Shown: in pieces, positions 18,181 to 26,015 of the stretch
How the letters are laid out: the number at the start of each line of letters is the position of its first letter
How positions within the stretch are numbered: the stretch's first letter is position 1
NCBI GenBank assembly: GCA_964406425.1
Contig: CAYORQ010000001.1
Span: forward strand, 1 to 38,033
From: an uncultured Candidatus Saccharibacteria bacterium
GTDB lineage: Bacteria > Patescibacteriota > Saccharimonadia > CAILAD01 > BJGX01
DNA length: 38,033 nucleotides
Reading direction: 5' to 3'
Notes under the pieces: generated by a model
What the model saw: only the letters and a program-made list of their open reading frames with translations
Databases searched by the model: none
Told to the model about the DNA's origin: nothing
Program-made: the position numbers and the translations under genes

Positions 18181-18798
18181 TTAAGCCTTATAAATCCATA
18201 CTTTAACGCCAATCACCCCAAAGGTGGTCTTAGCTTCGACGGCAGCGTAGTCGATATTGGCTTTAATAGTGTGTAGTGGAATACTACCGACAGCAGAAGT
18301 CTCGCGGCGAGCCATTTCAGCGCCATTGAGTCTGCCGGCTACACTAACTTTTGCTCCCAAAGCACCAGCCCGCACGGACGCATCGGTGGTGCTTTTGATG
18401 ACTCTACGGAAAGGCAGACGGCGCTCTATTTGCGAGGCGACATTTTCGGCCACTAGCTGAGCGTTTAGCTCAGGGTTTTTGACTTCTTCGATATTGACCT
18501 TGAAAGTTCCGGTGATGACTTTGGCGAGATCTTTTTTGAGAGCTTCGACACCAGCCCCACTACGACCAATCACTACTCCTGGTTTGGCGGTATGGATAGC
18601 AACGATCAGCTCATTGCTGGAGCGCTCGATTTCGACTTTAGCAACGGCTGCCCTAAAACCAAGCTTGTCAGCTACAAGTTTGCGGATTTTGATGTCTTGG
18701 GCGACCGAAGATGCAAAAGTACGGTTATCGAACCATTTCGATTGCCAGTTCTTGGTATAACCGAGCCTAAAGCCGATTGGATTAATTTTTTGTCCCAT
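18181..18798 (-). CDS. rpsC: 30S ribosomal protein S3
   Basis: [23 protein letters not shown], plus KH and S3-C domains. Confidence 0.97.
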   Translation of the reverse strand: MGQKINPIGFRLGYTKNWQSKWFDNRTFASSVAQDIKIRKLVADKLGFRAAVAKVEIERSSNELIVAIHTAKPGVVIGRSGAGVEALKKDLAKVITGTFKVNIEEVKNPELNAQLVAENVASQIERRLPFRRVIKSTTDASVRAGALGAKVSVAGRLNGAEMARRETSAVGSIPLHTIKANIDYAAVEAKTTFGVIGVKVWIYKA

Positions 18799-19241
18799 TA
18801 CTTCTTCCCCCGCTTCTTATTAGTAATTGTGGTGGTAACTTTTGGCTTAGCTGTGGATTTTCTAATGGCCTGGGTTGGCTTGGTGCTAACTTCGGCTTTA
18901 GGTTGAGCTTCACCGCTATCTAAAATGATACGCAAATGAGCCATTGGGTGTTCGATTTTGCCGTAGGCGCCCTTGGCTCTGGGCCGGCCGCGCTTTAGTT
19001 TGGGGCCTTGGTCGACACGAATTTCGGATATCATAAGATTGGCACTGCTAATTTGATAGTTGTTTTCGGCATTTGCAATTGCGCTCTTTAGGCCACTAGC
19101 TATCATTTGGGCTGATTTTTGAGGCATACTTAGTAGTGTCTCTTGAGCATCAAGAGCTCGTTTACCCCGAACCATATCGGCTCCAAGGCGAAGCTTTTGG
19201 GCTGAGATGCGAAGATATTTAATATTAGCTGCTACTTTCAT
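18798..19241 (-). CDS. rplV: 50S ribosomal protein L22 with Lys/Thr-rich C-terminal tail
   Basis: RISAQKLRLGADMVRGKRALDAQETLLSMPQKSAQ. Tail AQPKAEVSTKPTQAIRKSTAKPKVTTTITNKKRGKK. Confidence 0.96.
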   Translation of the reverse strand: MKVAANIKYLRISAQKLRLGADMVRGKRALDAQETLLSMPQKSAQMIASGLKSAIANAENNYQISSANLMISEIRVDQGPKLKRGRPRAKGAYGKIEHPMAHLRIILDSGEAQPKAEVSTKPTQAIRKSTAKPKVTTTITNKKRGKK

Positions 19242-19250
19242 AATAATTTC

Positions 19251-19532
19251 CTAAGACTTTCCTTCGGATTTAGCTAATTTACCACCGTGTCCTCTAAACT
19301 TACGGGTCGGAGAGAATTCTCCGAGCTTGTGGCCAACCATATTTTCAGAAACCAAAACAGGTGTGTGGACCTTACCATTATGAACAGCGATGGTCTTGCC
19401 GACCATTTCAGGGCTAATTGTACTGGTTCGCGACCAAGTCTTAATGATGGTCTTGTCGTTTAACTCTAACGCCATCACCTTGCGTAGTAATTTAGGATCA
19501 ATAAATGGTCCTTTTTTGCTTGATCTACTCAT
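19251..19532 (-). CDS. rpsS: 30S ribosomal protein S19
   Basis: [19 protein letters not shown]...[38 protein letters not shown]. Confidence 0.98.
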   Translation of the reverse strand: MSRSSKKGPFIDPKLLRKVMALELNDKTIIKTWSRTSTISPEMVGKTIAVHNGKVHTPVLVSENMVGHKLGEFSPTRKFRGHGGKLAKSEGKS

Positions 19533-20363
19533 CTATCTCCTTCCTTTTCCGCGGCCACGAATAATCATGGCGCTGGTTGATTTACGTCGTCTGGTTTTTA
19601 ACCCCATAGCTACCTTACCCCATGGTGTACGAGGGATACGGCCTGGACCGCTCAATCCTTCACCTCCACCCATTGGGTGATCAGATGGGTTCATGGCCTT
19701 ACCACGAACTGATGGTCTTCGGCCCATGTGTCGTTTTCGGCCTGCGCTACCAATGGTAATATTCTGGTGGTCAGCGTTGCCGATTTGCCCAACGGTAGCC
19801 ATACAGTTGGTATGGATTAGCCTTACTTCGCCTGAAGGAAGCTTGATTTGAGCCCAGTCTTCTTCGCGGGCTGCTAGCTGTGCTCGGGCGCCAGCGCTGC
19901 GAGCTAATTGGCCACCCTTGCCTGGTTGCATCTCGATGTTGCAAATTATAGATCCGATTGGAATATTTTTTAGTTTCATTCGATTGCCTGGTTTAATTTC
20001 GGCATCCTCGCCTGAGTCTATTTTTTTGCCAACCTTCATATTGGCAGTTGCCAAAACATAAGCCTTAGAGCCATCTTCGAGCCTAACTAAGGCAATATTG
20101 GCAGATCGGTTCGGATCGTACTCAAGGGCGATGATTTCGGCATTTTTAACACTGGCAAAAACAAAATCAACCAGTCGGTAGGCTCTTTTGGCTCCACCGC
20201 CTCGGTGGCGAGTGGTGATTTTGCCTTGATTATTGCGTCCGGAGTTTTTGGTGATTGGTACAGTTAGTGACTTTTCGGGTTTCTTCTTTGTTAATTCAGA
20301 AAAGTCAGCAACGCTCATGTTGCGACGGGCGGCGGTATTTGGTTTGAGAGTTCTAACTGCCAT
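19533..20363 (-). CDS. rplB: 50S ribosomal protein L2
   Basis: GRNNQGKITTRHRGGGAKRAYR...MNPSDHPMGGGEG. Confidence 0.98.
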   Translation of the reverse strand: MAVRTLKPNTAARRNMSVADFSELTKKKPEKSLTVPITKNSGRNNQGKITTRHRGGGAKRAYRLVDFVFASVKNAEIIALEYDPNRSANIALVRLEDGSKAYVLATANMKVGKKIDSGEDAEIKPGNRMKLKNIPIGSIICNIEMQPGKGGQLARSAGARAQLAAREEDWAQIKLPSGEVRLIHTNCMATVGQIGNADHQNITIGSAGRKRHMGRRPSVRGKAMNPSDHPMGGGEGLSGPGRIPRTPWGKVAMGLKTRRRKSTSAMIIRGRGKGRR

Positions 20364-20665
20364 TACTTTTTCTTCTCCTCTTTCTCTTCTTTGATATCAA
20401 AAACGCTGATTTTTTGACCTTTTTTGAGGGTTACATAAGCGCGCTTTTTATTTGTGCGCTGCCCAACAACACCTTTGAATTTCTTGACTTTGCCCTTAAT
20501 GATTGCGATTCGAACTTGAGTTGAATCGACCTTAAATTGATCCTTAACAGCCTTAGCTACTAGGGGCTTATTGGCGGCTGGGTTAATATCGAACATATAT
20601 ACACCACGAGCTGCGAGATTCATGCTTTTTTCGGTAATAACTGGCTTGAGAGTAACGATTGTCAT
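20363..20665 (-). CDS. rplW: 50S ribosomal protein L23
   Basis: KPVITEKSMNLAARGVYMFDINPAANKPLVAKAVKDQFKV. C-terminal tail EEKEEKKK. Confidence 0.95.
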   Translation of the reverse strand: MTIVTLKPVITEKSMNLAARGVYMFDINPAANKPLVAKAVKDQFKVDSTQVRIAIIKGKVKKFKGVVGQRTNKKRAYVTLKKGQKISVFDIKEEKEEKKK

Positions 20666-21330
20666 TGCTTTACTCCTGAGCTAATAGCCTCTTTGCGAGC
20701 GGCGCCCTTGGTTGAACCCAGCCAAACTTCGAGCTCTTTGAGGCCGTCGGCGTCTAAGAGTATGGCATCGGCATCTAAGATGGCTGTAACATTAAGCTGC
20801 TTGATTGATAGCATCATAACACCAGGGATGTTACGGGCCGAGGCGATAAATTTGCTATCGAGCTTAGAGGCGGCAATTAGAATTGAGCCTTCGACGCCGA
20901 TTTTATCAATTAGACTGATGATGCTTTTGGTCTTGTACTCGCTGGCACTAAAGGCCTCGACTACTTTAATAATATCTACTTGCAAACTCAAAGCTTGCTT
21001 TAGGCTAGACCGGATCATGCTCTTTGGCATTTCCTTGGTGTAATTTTCGTTGCCAGTAGGCCCGAACGCTACACCACCGTGGCGCCAAATAGGGTTTCGG
21101 GAAGAGCCAAAACGGGCTCGGCCGGTACCTTTTTGCTTCCATGGCTTACGTCCACCACCAGAAACATCGCCGCGGTTTAGAACTTTGGCGTTATTGGTTC
21201 GAATATTGCTAAGAAAGCGGTTGTAGGCAATTTTGAGCTGATCGTGATTGGCATCGACTCCAAAAATGGCTGCTGGTAATGCAACTTCGGCTTTTTTGAC
21301 GCCAATTTTTGAATAAGTAGTAGCCTTCAT
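20662..21330 (-). CDS. rplD: 50S ribosomal protein L4
   Basis: GGGRKPWKQKGTGRARFGSSRNPIWRHGGVAFGP. Confidence 0.97.
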   Translation of the reverse strand: MKATTYSKIGVKKAEVALPAAIFGVDANHDQLKIAYNRFLSNIRTNNAKVLNRGDVSGGGRKPWKQKGTGRARFGSSRNPIWRHGGVAFGPTGNENYTKEMPKSMIRSSLKQALSLQVDIIKVVEAFSASEYKTKSIISLIDKIGVEGSILIAASKLDSKFIASARNIPGVMMLSIKQLNVTAILDADAILLDADGLKELEVWLGSTKGAARKEAISSGVKQ

Positions 21331-21968
21331 TATAGAGCTCCCTTAATAACTACTAGTCCGCGCCTGGGGCCTGGAACGCTTCCGACAACTGCTATTAGGC
21401 GTTTTTCGATATCAATTAGGGCAATCTTTTGGTTTTTTATGGTGACTTTGGCGTGCCCCATTTGGCCAGCCATTTTCATACCCTTAAAGACGTGCTGAGG
21501 GTAGCCTGCGCCAATCGATCCTGGCGCTCGGTAGTTGTGGCTACCATGCGTTTTAGGGCCGGTGTTAAAATTGTGGCGTTTAATTGTACCTGCAAAACCT
21601 TTACCTTTTGAAATACCTGAGACCACGACCTTTTCACCGACCTCAAAGATATCGACCCCTAGGCTATCGCCGACTTTAAGCTGAACTGGCTGATCTTCGC
21701 CCTCGATAACTTCAACAACTTCGGATGTTCGGAACTCTTTTAATACGGTGCTTTTGGCGCCAGACAGCTTGAGTTGGCCAGCGAGTGTCTTGGAGTGTTT
21801 TTTGGACTCGCCGTAGCCAATCTGAACTGCATTATACCCATCAGTTTCGATAGATTTTAATCTGGTAACAATACAAGGACCAACCTGAAGTACGGTGACG
21901 CCACTGCGTACACCGTTTGCATCAAATATTTGAGTCATTCCAACTTTTTTAGCGAGTAATGCTTTCAT
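21330..21968 (-). CDS. rplC: 50S ribosomal protein L3
   Basis: KKVGMTQIF...GKGFAGTIKRHNF...GSHNYRAPGSIGAGYPQHVFKGMKMAGQMG. Confidence 0.97.
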   Translation of the reverse strand: MKALLAKKVGMTQIFDANGVRSGVTVLQVGPCIVTRLKSIETDGYNAVQIGYGESKKHSKTLAGQLKLSGAKSTVLKEFRTSEVVEVIEGEDQPVQLKVGDSLGVDIFEVGEKVVVSGISKGKGFAGTIKRHNFNTGPKTHGSHNYRAPGSIGAGYPQHVFKGMKMAGQMGHAKVTIKNQKIALIDIEKRLIAVVGSVPGPRRGLVVIKGAL

Positions 21969-22095
21969 AATTCCTTGGTTATTAAATAATAAAACCTGAG
22001 TAAACAGGCTGGTTTCCTGGGGCTTTTTAAGCCGTCAAGACCTTGTCGCTTCTCAGTACTCTTAACTACCAGAACTGTTTGATAGTTAAAACTCA
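21969..22095 (-). promoter_or_regulatory. Structured 5' leader of rplC (about 125 nt), candidate r-protein autoregulatory leader
   Basis: Lies between the predicted promoter (22102-22131) and ATG 21968. Contains a 10-bp hairpin (22062-22071 / 22080-22089, one G.U on the minus-strand RNA), a small GGCUU-AAA-AAGCC hairpin (about 22021-22033), and a U/A-rich tract before the AAGGA SD. Confidence 0.35.
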
Positions 22096-22101
22096 GGTGT
22101 C

Positions 22102-22131
22102 ATTGTATCAGATAGGGGCCAGGTATGTCAA
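22102..22131 (-). promoter_or_regulatory. Sigma70-like promoter of the rplC...secY operon
   Basis: Minus strand: TTGACA (22131..22126), 18-nt spacer, TACAAT (22107..22102). Sits directly downstream of a terminator. Confidence 0.6.
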
Positions 22132-22135
22132 CTAT

Positions 22136-22164
22136 AAAAGGCACCTCCCAAAAAGGTACCTTTT
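22136..22164 (-). terminator. Intrinsic terminator after the small membrane protein gene
   Basis: Minus-strand RNA: AAAAGGUACC-UUUUUGGGA-GGUGCCUUUU. 10-bp stem with one G.U, followed by a U-run; about 40 nt downstream of the stop at 22202. Confidence 0.7.
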
Positions 22165-22201
22165 ATGATTCTACTAACTAGAATGGTCTACCCGAAATTA
22201 T

Positions 22202-22519
22202 CTACTTGATGAGCTTGATTCCGCCGATTAGTGGCAGTGGCTTCATTTCGTTATTGACGACGTTTACAATACCCATAATCGCCAGTACCAGTATTAGGAA
22301 ACCTACAGCTGGTGCAGCCATCCATCCCAGAAAAGGAACTACCCATAAAACATTGCTTAGTACCAACGCGATGAACAAAACCAAGCCTTGATTGGCATGG
22401 TACTTTATGAATTTGCTGTTTCCACCCGCAAACAGGGGAACCACGACCAGCACCCCTAGATACGCTAAGATGCCCATTAGTTTGTCGTTTTCACTACTTG
22501 ATTTTTTTTCTTCTGGCAT
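22202..22519 (-). CDS. Small 3-TM membrane protein, DUF4870-like
   Basis: MGILAYLGVLVVVPLFAGGNSKFIKYHANQGLVLFI resembles the DUF4870 core (assigned from memory). The start is moved to the second ATG (MPEEKK, 22519) because the first ATG is inside the GGAGG SD. Confidence 0.55.
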   Translation of the reverse strand: MPEEKKSSSENDKLMGILAYLGVLVVVPLFAGGNSKFIKYHANQGLVLFIALVLSNVLWVVPFLGWMAAPAVGFLILVLAIMGIVNVVNNEMKPLPLIGGIKLIK

Positions 22520-22617
22520 AATTACCTCCATTAAAAAATTATTTAATTTATTATTTTTTTAAAATATTACTAAATTAATTGTAACCCCACACGGACGGCT
22601 TGGCAAGCTACCAAAAA

Positions 22618-24261
22618 CTATATATTTATGATGGTTCCGCCGAGCTTGTCGCGGAAATAATTATCGTGACTAACGTAGAGTATTGCCCCACTATAACCGA
22701 GCAAGGCGCTCTCGAGCTCCTCAATGCTCGGCAGATCTAGATGATTGGTGGGTTCGTCTAATATCAGCAGGTTTGGCTCCGGGGCAAGCATTTTAATGAT
22801 CTGGAACCGGGCTTTTTGCCCTCCAGATAATTGCTTGAGTTTCAGATTAAGATCGGCCCTAGGATCAAATAGATACCGCGAGGCGATTTGCATTATTTTT
22901 TCTTGATTGACAGCTAGTTCGTTCTGAACATAAACCGACTCGATTGCCTCACCAAGCGTCATATTTAATAGCTCGGTAGAGATTTCTTGTTCATAATAAC
23001 CAATACGTAAGCCCTTTTCGGGGATTATTGCCCCCGAAAAAATTTTAATGTCGGCGGCGAGACCACTAGCCGCTTTTAAGATTAATTTAATAAAGCTCGA
23101 TTTGCCGGCTCCGTTGCGTCCCCTGATTTCGGCTCTATCGCCACTGTTGAGATTAAAAGCGACACCGCTAAATAATGGTTCTTGGTAGCCAATACTTAGA
23201 TCTGATATCGTGAGGAGGTTCTGGAAGCCAGTGTCGGCCTGATCTGTTGTGATGGCAATATTTTTGGTTTTATATTTATCATAGCGGTCGGTGATTTTTT
23301 TTGACATTCCCTCGACCGACTGCTGATCGATCCAAAAAGAGGGTTTAACCATAACTTTTTCAAGTTCTTCGATTTGTTTTTGGAAACGCCTAACCATTGG
23401 TATGAAAGGGTTGGGGGTTTTGCTTGAGCCAGCTTTTTTGCGGTTAGCCTCGACCAATTGCTTCTTGAGATTATCCATGGTGCTTAGCTGCACCTCATAA
23501 TTATTCATTCCTGCAACAGTAGCCAAACTATTTTGCTTGAGGTAGGCATCATAATTGCCCGTGAATATTAGGGCTTTATGGTCCTTGACCTCGATGATTG
23601 TATCGACACTAGCTAGTACATCTCTATCGTGACTAACCAAAACCACTGCCCCTTTGGCTGACCCTAGCCAGGTTATAAACTCGGCCTTGGCGATATAGTC
23701 CATGTGGTTGGTGGGCTCATCGATTAGAGCGAGGTCGACCTTGCTCTCGGCAATCTTAACTAGCTCCACGAAGCGCTTTTGTCCTCCAGAAAGTTGCTTG
23801 ATGAGCGACCTGGCTTTAGTCTCATCGATTTGGTACTTATCGAGCTCTTGCAAGACCCGGTCTTCTGCCCGATAGTAATCGAGTTGCATAAAACGCTCTA
23901 GTGCTTCGCTGTACTCACTTAGCTGGGCGTCGCTCGGGCTACTTATCTCAGCAAAGGCCTCCATGACCAATTTGCAATCTAGGTACTCCGGAAGTTCGCT
24001 CAATATATAATCAACCACCGAGATGTCTTCGACCTCGGCATGTTCTTGCCGGCTAGTGGCTATAACTAACCCTTTTTTGCGAGTAATATTGCCGACAAAT
24101 TCTTCATCTTCGCCATTGATTAGACCAAGCAAAGTAGTCTTGCCGACGCCATTGCGCCCAATGATGGCTATCTTTTGGTTGGCTTGCAAATTTAAGTTCA
24201 AATCCTTAAGCAAGAGCTTAGAACCAATGGTTTTTTCTTCGATGTTGATACTGACTATCAT
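22618..24261 (-). CDS. ABC-F family ATPase (two ABC cassettes, no TM domain); probable ribosome-associated translation factor
   Basis: Walker A GRNGVGKTT and GRNGAGKSS; signatures LSGGQKRF and LSGGQKAR; Walker B LALIDEPTNHMD and LLILDEPTNHLD. The inter-domain linker is basic (ANRKKAGSSKTPNPFIPMVRRFQKQIEELEK). Confidence 0.9.
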   Translation of the reverse strand: MIVSINIEEKTIGSKLLLKDLNLNLQANQKIAIIGRNGVGKTTLLGLINGEDEEFVGNITRKKGLVIATSRQEHAEVEDISVVDYILSELPEYLDCKLVMEAFAEISSPSDAQLSEYSEALERFMQLDYYRAEDRVLQELDKYQIDETKARSLIKQLSGGQKRFVELVKIAESKVDLALIDEPTNHMDYIAKAEFITWLGSAKGAVVLVSHDRDVLASVDTIIEVKDHKALIFTGNYDAYLKQNSLATVAGMNNYEVQLSTMDNLKKQLVEANRKKAGSSKTPNPFIPMVRRFQKQIEELEKVMVKPSFWIDQQSVEGMSKKITDRYDKYKTKNIAITTDQADTGFQNLLTISDLSIGYQEPLFSGVAFNLNSGDRAEIRGRNGAGKSSFIKLILKAASGLAADIKIFSGAIIPEKGLRIGYYEQEISTELLNMTLGEAIESVYVQNELAVNQEKIMQIASRYLFDPRADLNLKLKQLSGGQKARFQIIKMLAPEPNLLILDEPTNHLDLPSIEELESALLGYSGAILYVSHDNYFRDKLGGTIINI

Positions 24262-24287
24262 GGCTAATATCCTGCCTCTAACAGATT

Positions 24288-24315
24288 AAAAAACCCCTTT
24301 ATTCAGAGGTTTTTT
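24288..24315 (-). terminator. Intrinsic terminator after rpsJ
   Basis: Minus-strand RNA: AAAACCUCU-GAAUAA-AGGGGUUUU-UU. 9-bp stem (one G.U) with a U-run; starts about 20 nt after the rpsJ stop. Confidence 0.65.
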
Positions 24316-24333
24316 AATCATGTCTTGGGGTCT

Positions 24334-24654
24334 TTACATTTTAATTTCGATGTTCACACCATTGGGCAAGCTGAGGTTAGTCAGACTATCGATAGTCTTA
24401 GCATTGTGGTCGTAGATTTCGATTAGGCGCTTGTGGGTTCTCATCTCAAACTGCTCGCGAGCATCCTTGTAAACATGCGGGCTACTAAGAACTGTATATT
24501 TGTCCTTTTTAGTTGGTAGCGGTATCGGCCCAGCCACTCTAGCACCAGTACGAATAGCGGTATCGATGATCTGCTTGGCAGACTGATCGATGATCTTATT
24601 ATCGTAAGCTTTTAGTTTGATTCGTATTCGTTGCTTTTCTTGTTTTTCTGGCAT
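24334..24654 (-). CDS. rpsJ: 30S ribosomal protein S10
   Basis: [42 protein letters not shown]...[23 protein letters not shown]. Confidence 0.98.
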   Translation of the reverse strand: MPEKQEKQRIRIKLKAYDNKIIDQSAKQIIDTAIRTGARVAGPIPLPTKKDKYTVLSSPHVYKDAREQFEMRTHKRLIEIYDHNAKTIDSLTNLSLPNGVNIEIKM

Positions 24655-24687
24655 GTGCTTTAGAGGTGCTTTCTATAGTTACGGGAA

Positions 24688-25872
24688 TTATTTGATAATC
24701 TTAGTTACTACACCGGCTCCAACGGTCTTACCACCTTCGCGGATAGCGAATCTAAGACCTTCGTCCATAGCAATTGGTGCAAGTAGTTTTACTTTGACAC
24801 TAATATTATCGCCAGGCATTACCATTTCGGTGCCTTCTGGAAGTTCAACTTCGCCAGTCACATCAGTAGTACGGAAGTAAAACTGTGGTTTGTAGCCCTT
24901 AAGGAAAGGTGTGTGGCGTCCGCCTTCGTCTTTCTTGAGAACGTACACTTCGCAGTCAAATTCGGTGTGTGGAGTAATAGAACCTGGTTTAGCAAGGACT
25001 TGTCCGCGTTCGATGTCGTCGCGTTCAATACCACGTAATAGTACACCAACATTGTCGCCGGCTCGGCCTTCGTCGAGAAGTTTTTTGAACATCTCTACGC
25101 CTGTTACTACGGTCTTAGTGGTCTTTCTGATTCCTACGATTTCAACTTCTTCGTTGATATTGACCTTACCTTGTTCGATTCGGCCAGTAGCAACTGTACC
25201 ACGACCTTTGATAGAAAAAACATCTTCGATAGGCATAAGGAATGGCTTGTCGAGCTCACGGATTGGCTCAGGAATATATTCGTCCATTGCTTTGACGAGC
25301 TCCATAATAGCATCTTCGTTGGCGGCGTCGCCTTCGAGGGCTTTAAGGGCTGAGCCCTTAATAATTGGGGCGTCTTTGTCGTATTCGTACTTTTCGAGTA
25401 ATTCTCGGATTTCGAGCTCAACTAGCTCTGCAAGCTCTGGGTCGGCCATATCCATTTTGTTCATAAATACAAGGATTTTTGGGACGCCTACTTGACGAGC
25501 CAATAGTACGTGCTCGCGAGTTTGGGGCATAGGGCCGTCAGCAGCTGAAACTACTAAGATAGCTCCATCGATCTGAGCGGCGCCGGTGATCATGTTTTTA
25601 ATATAGTCAGCGTGTCCTGGCATATCGACGTGGGCATAGTGCCGCTTTTCGCTTTCATACTCATTGTGAGAAGTAGAAATAGTAATACCGCGCTCTTTTT
25701 CTTCTGGAGCTTTATCGATCTGATCGTAGGCAACTGCCTTGTTGGTATCACTAGGAAGCTTTTTGGCTAGTACTGAAGTAATAGCGGCTGTTAGAGTAGT
25801 TTTACCATGATCGACGTGACCCATAGTTCCTACATTGACGTGTGGTTTATCTCGGTTAAATTTGTCTGACAT
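24688..25872 (-). CDS. tuf: Elongation factor Tu
   Basis: 394 aa. [26 protein letters not shown]-motifs; the C-terminus is canonical. Confidence 0.99.
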   Translation of the reverse strand: MSDKFNRDKPHVNVGTMGHVDHGKTTLTAAITSVLAKKLPSDTNKAVAYDQIDKAPEEKERGITISTSHNEYESEKRHYAHVDMPGHADYIKNMITGAAQIDGAILVVSAADGPMPQTREHVLLARQVGVPKILVFMNKMDMADPELAELVELEIRELLEKYEYDKDAPIIKGSALKALEGDAANEDAIMELVKAMDEYIPEPIRELDKPFLMPIEDVFSIKGRGTVATGRIEQGKVNINEEVEIVGIRKTTKTVVTGVEMFKKLLDEGRAGDNVGVLLRGIERDDIERGQVLAKPGSITPHTEFDCEVYVLKKDEGGRHTPFLKGYKPQFYFRTTDVTGEVELPEGTEMVMPGDNISVKVKLLAPIAMDEGLRFAIREGGKTVGAGVVTKIIK

Positions 25873-25962
25873 TGATTCTCCTTAATTTAAAATTAGTTAC
25901 TTAGTTATTGGTTATTTGGTTTTTTAGACAATAATAATATCGCCATATTGTTTGACCCCTTT

Positions 25963-25991
25963 ATTATAAGGAGAATCTGCCGATTTGTAAA
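25963..25991 (-). promoter_or_regulatory. Near-consensus sigma70 promoter for tuf-rpsJ
   Basis: Minus strand: TTTACA (25991..25986), 17-nt spacer, TATAAT (25968..25963). About 90 nt upstream of the tuf ATG. Confidence 0.6.
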
Positions 25992-26015
25992 GACTTAATT
26001 TGCTCGAAAATTATG

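Noticed and set aside
17747-18212. N-terminal extensions in the ORF track for rplP (to 18212) and rpmC (to 17761), and likewise for rpsL (to 29438), the DUF4870-like gene (to 22531) and the 7-TM protein (to 3135)
   Set aside because: The canonical protein N-termini begin at internal ATGs that have proper SD spacing. The upstream starts are TTG codons, lie inside the SD itself, or would overlap the preceding gene.
21994-22098. 8-bp long-range helix (ACCUGAGU / ACUCAGGU) enclosing most of the rplC leader and followed by a U-run, considered as a giant terminator or attenuator
   Set aside because: The 5' arm (22091-22098) overlaps the predicted transcription start (about 22095). It would be only partly present in RNA from the predicted promoter.
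24911-25495. 194-aa plus-strand ORF antisense to tuf (also 24617-24880, 25171-25353 and the minus-strand out-of-frame ORFs 24858-25052 and 25134-25421)
   Set aside because: It lies entirely inside the strongly supported EF-Tu gene. The Ser/Pro/Thr/Ile-rich composition is typical of antisense frames of highly expressed genes, and there is no SD.
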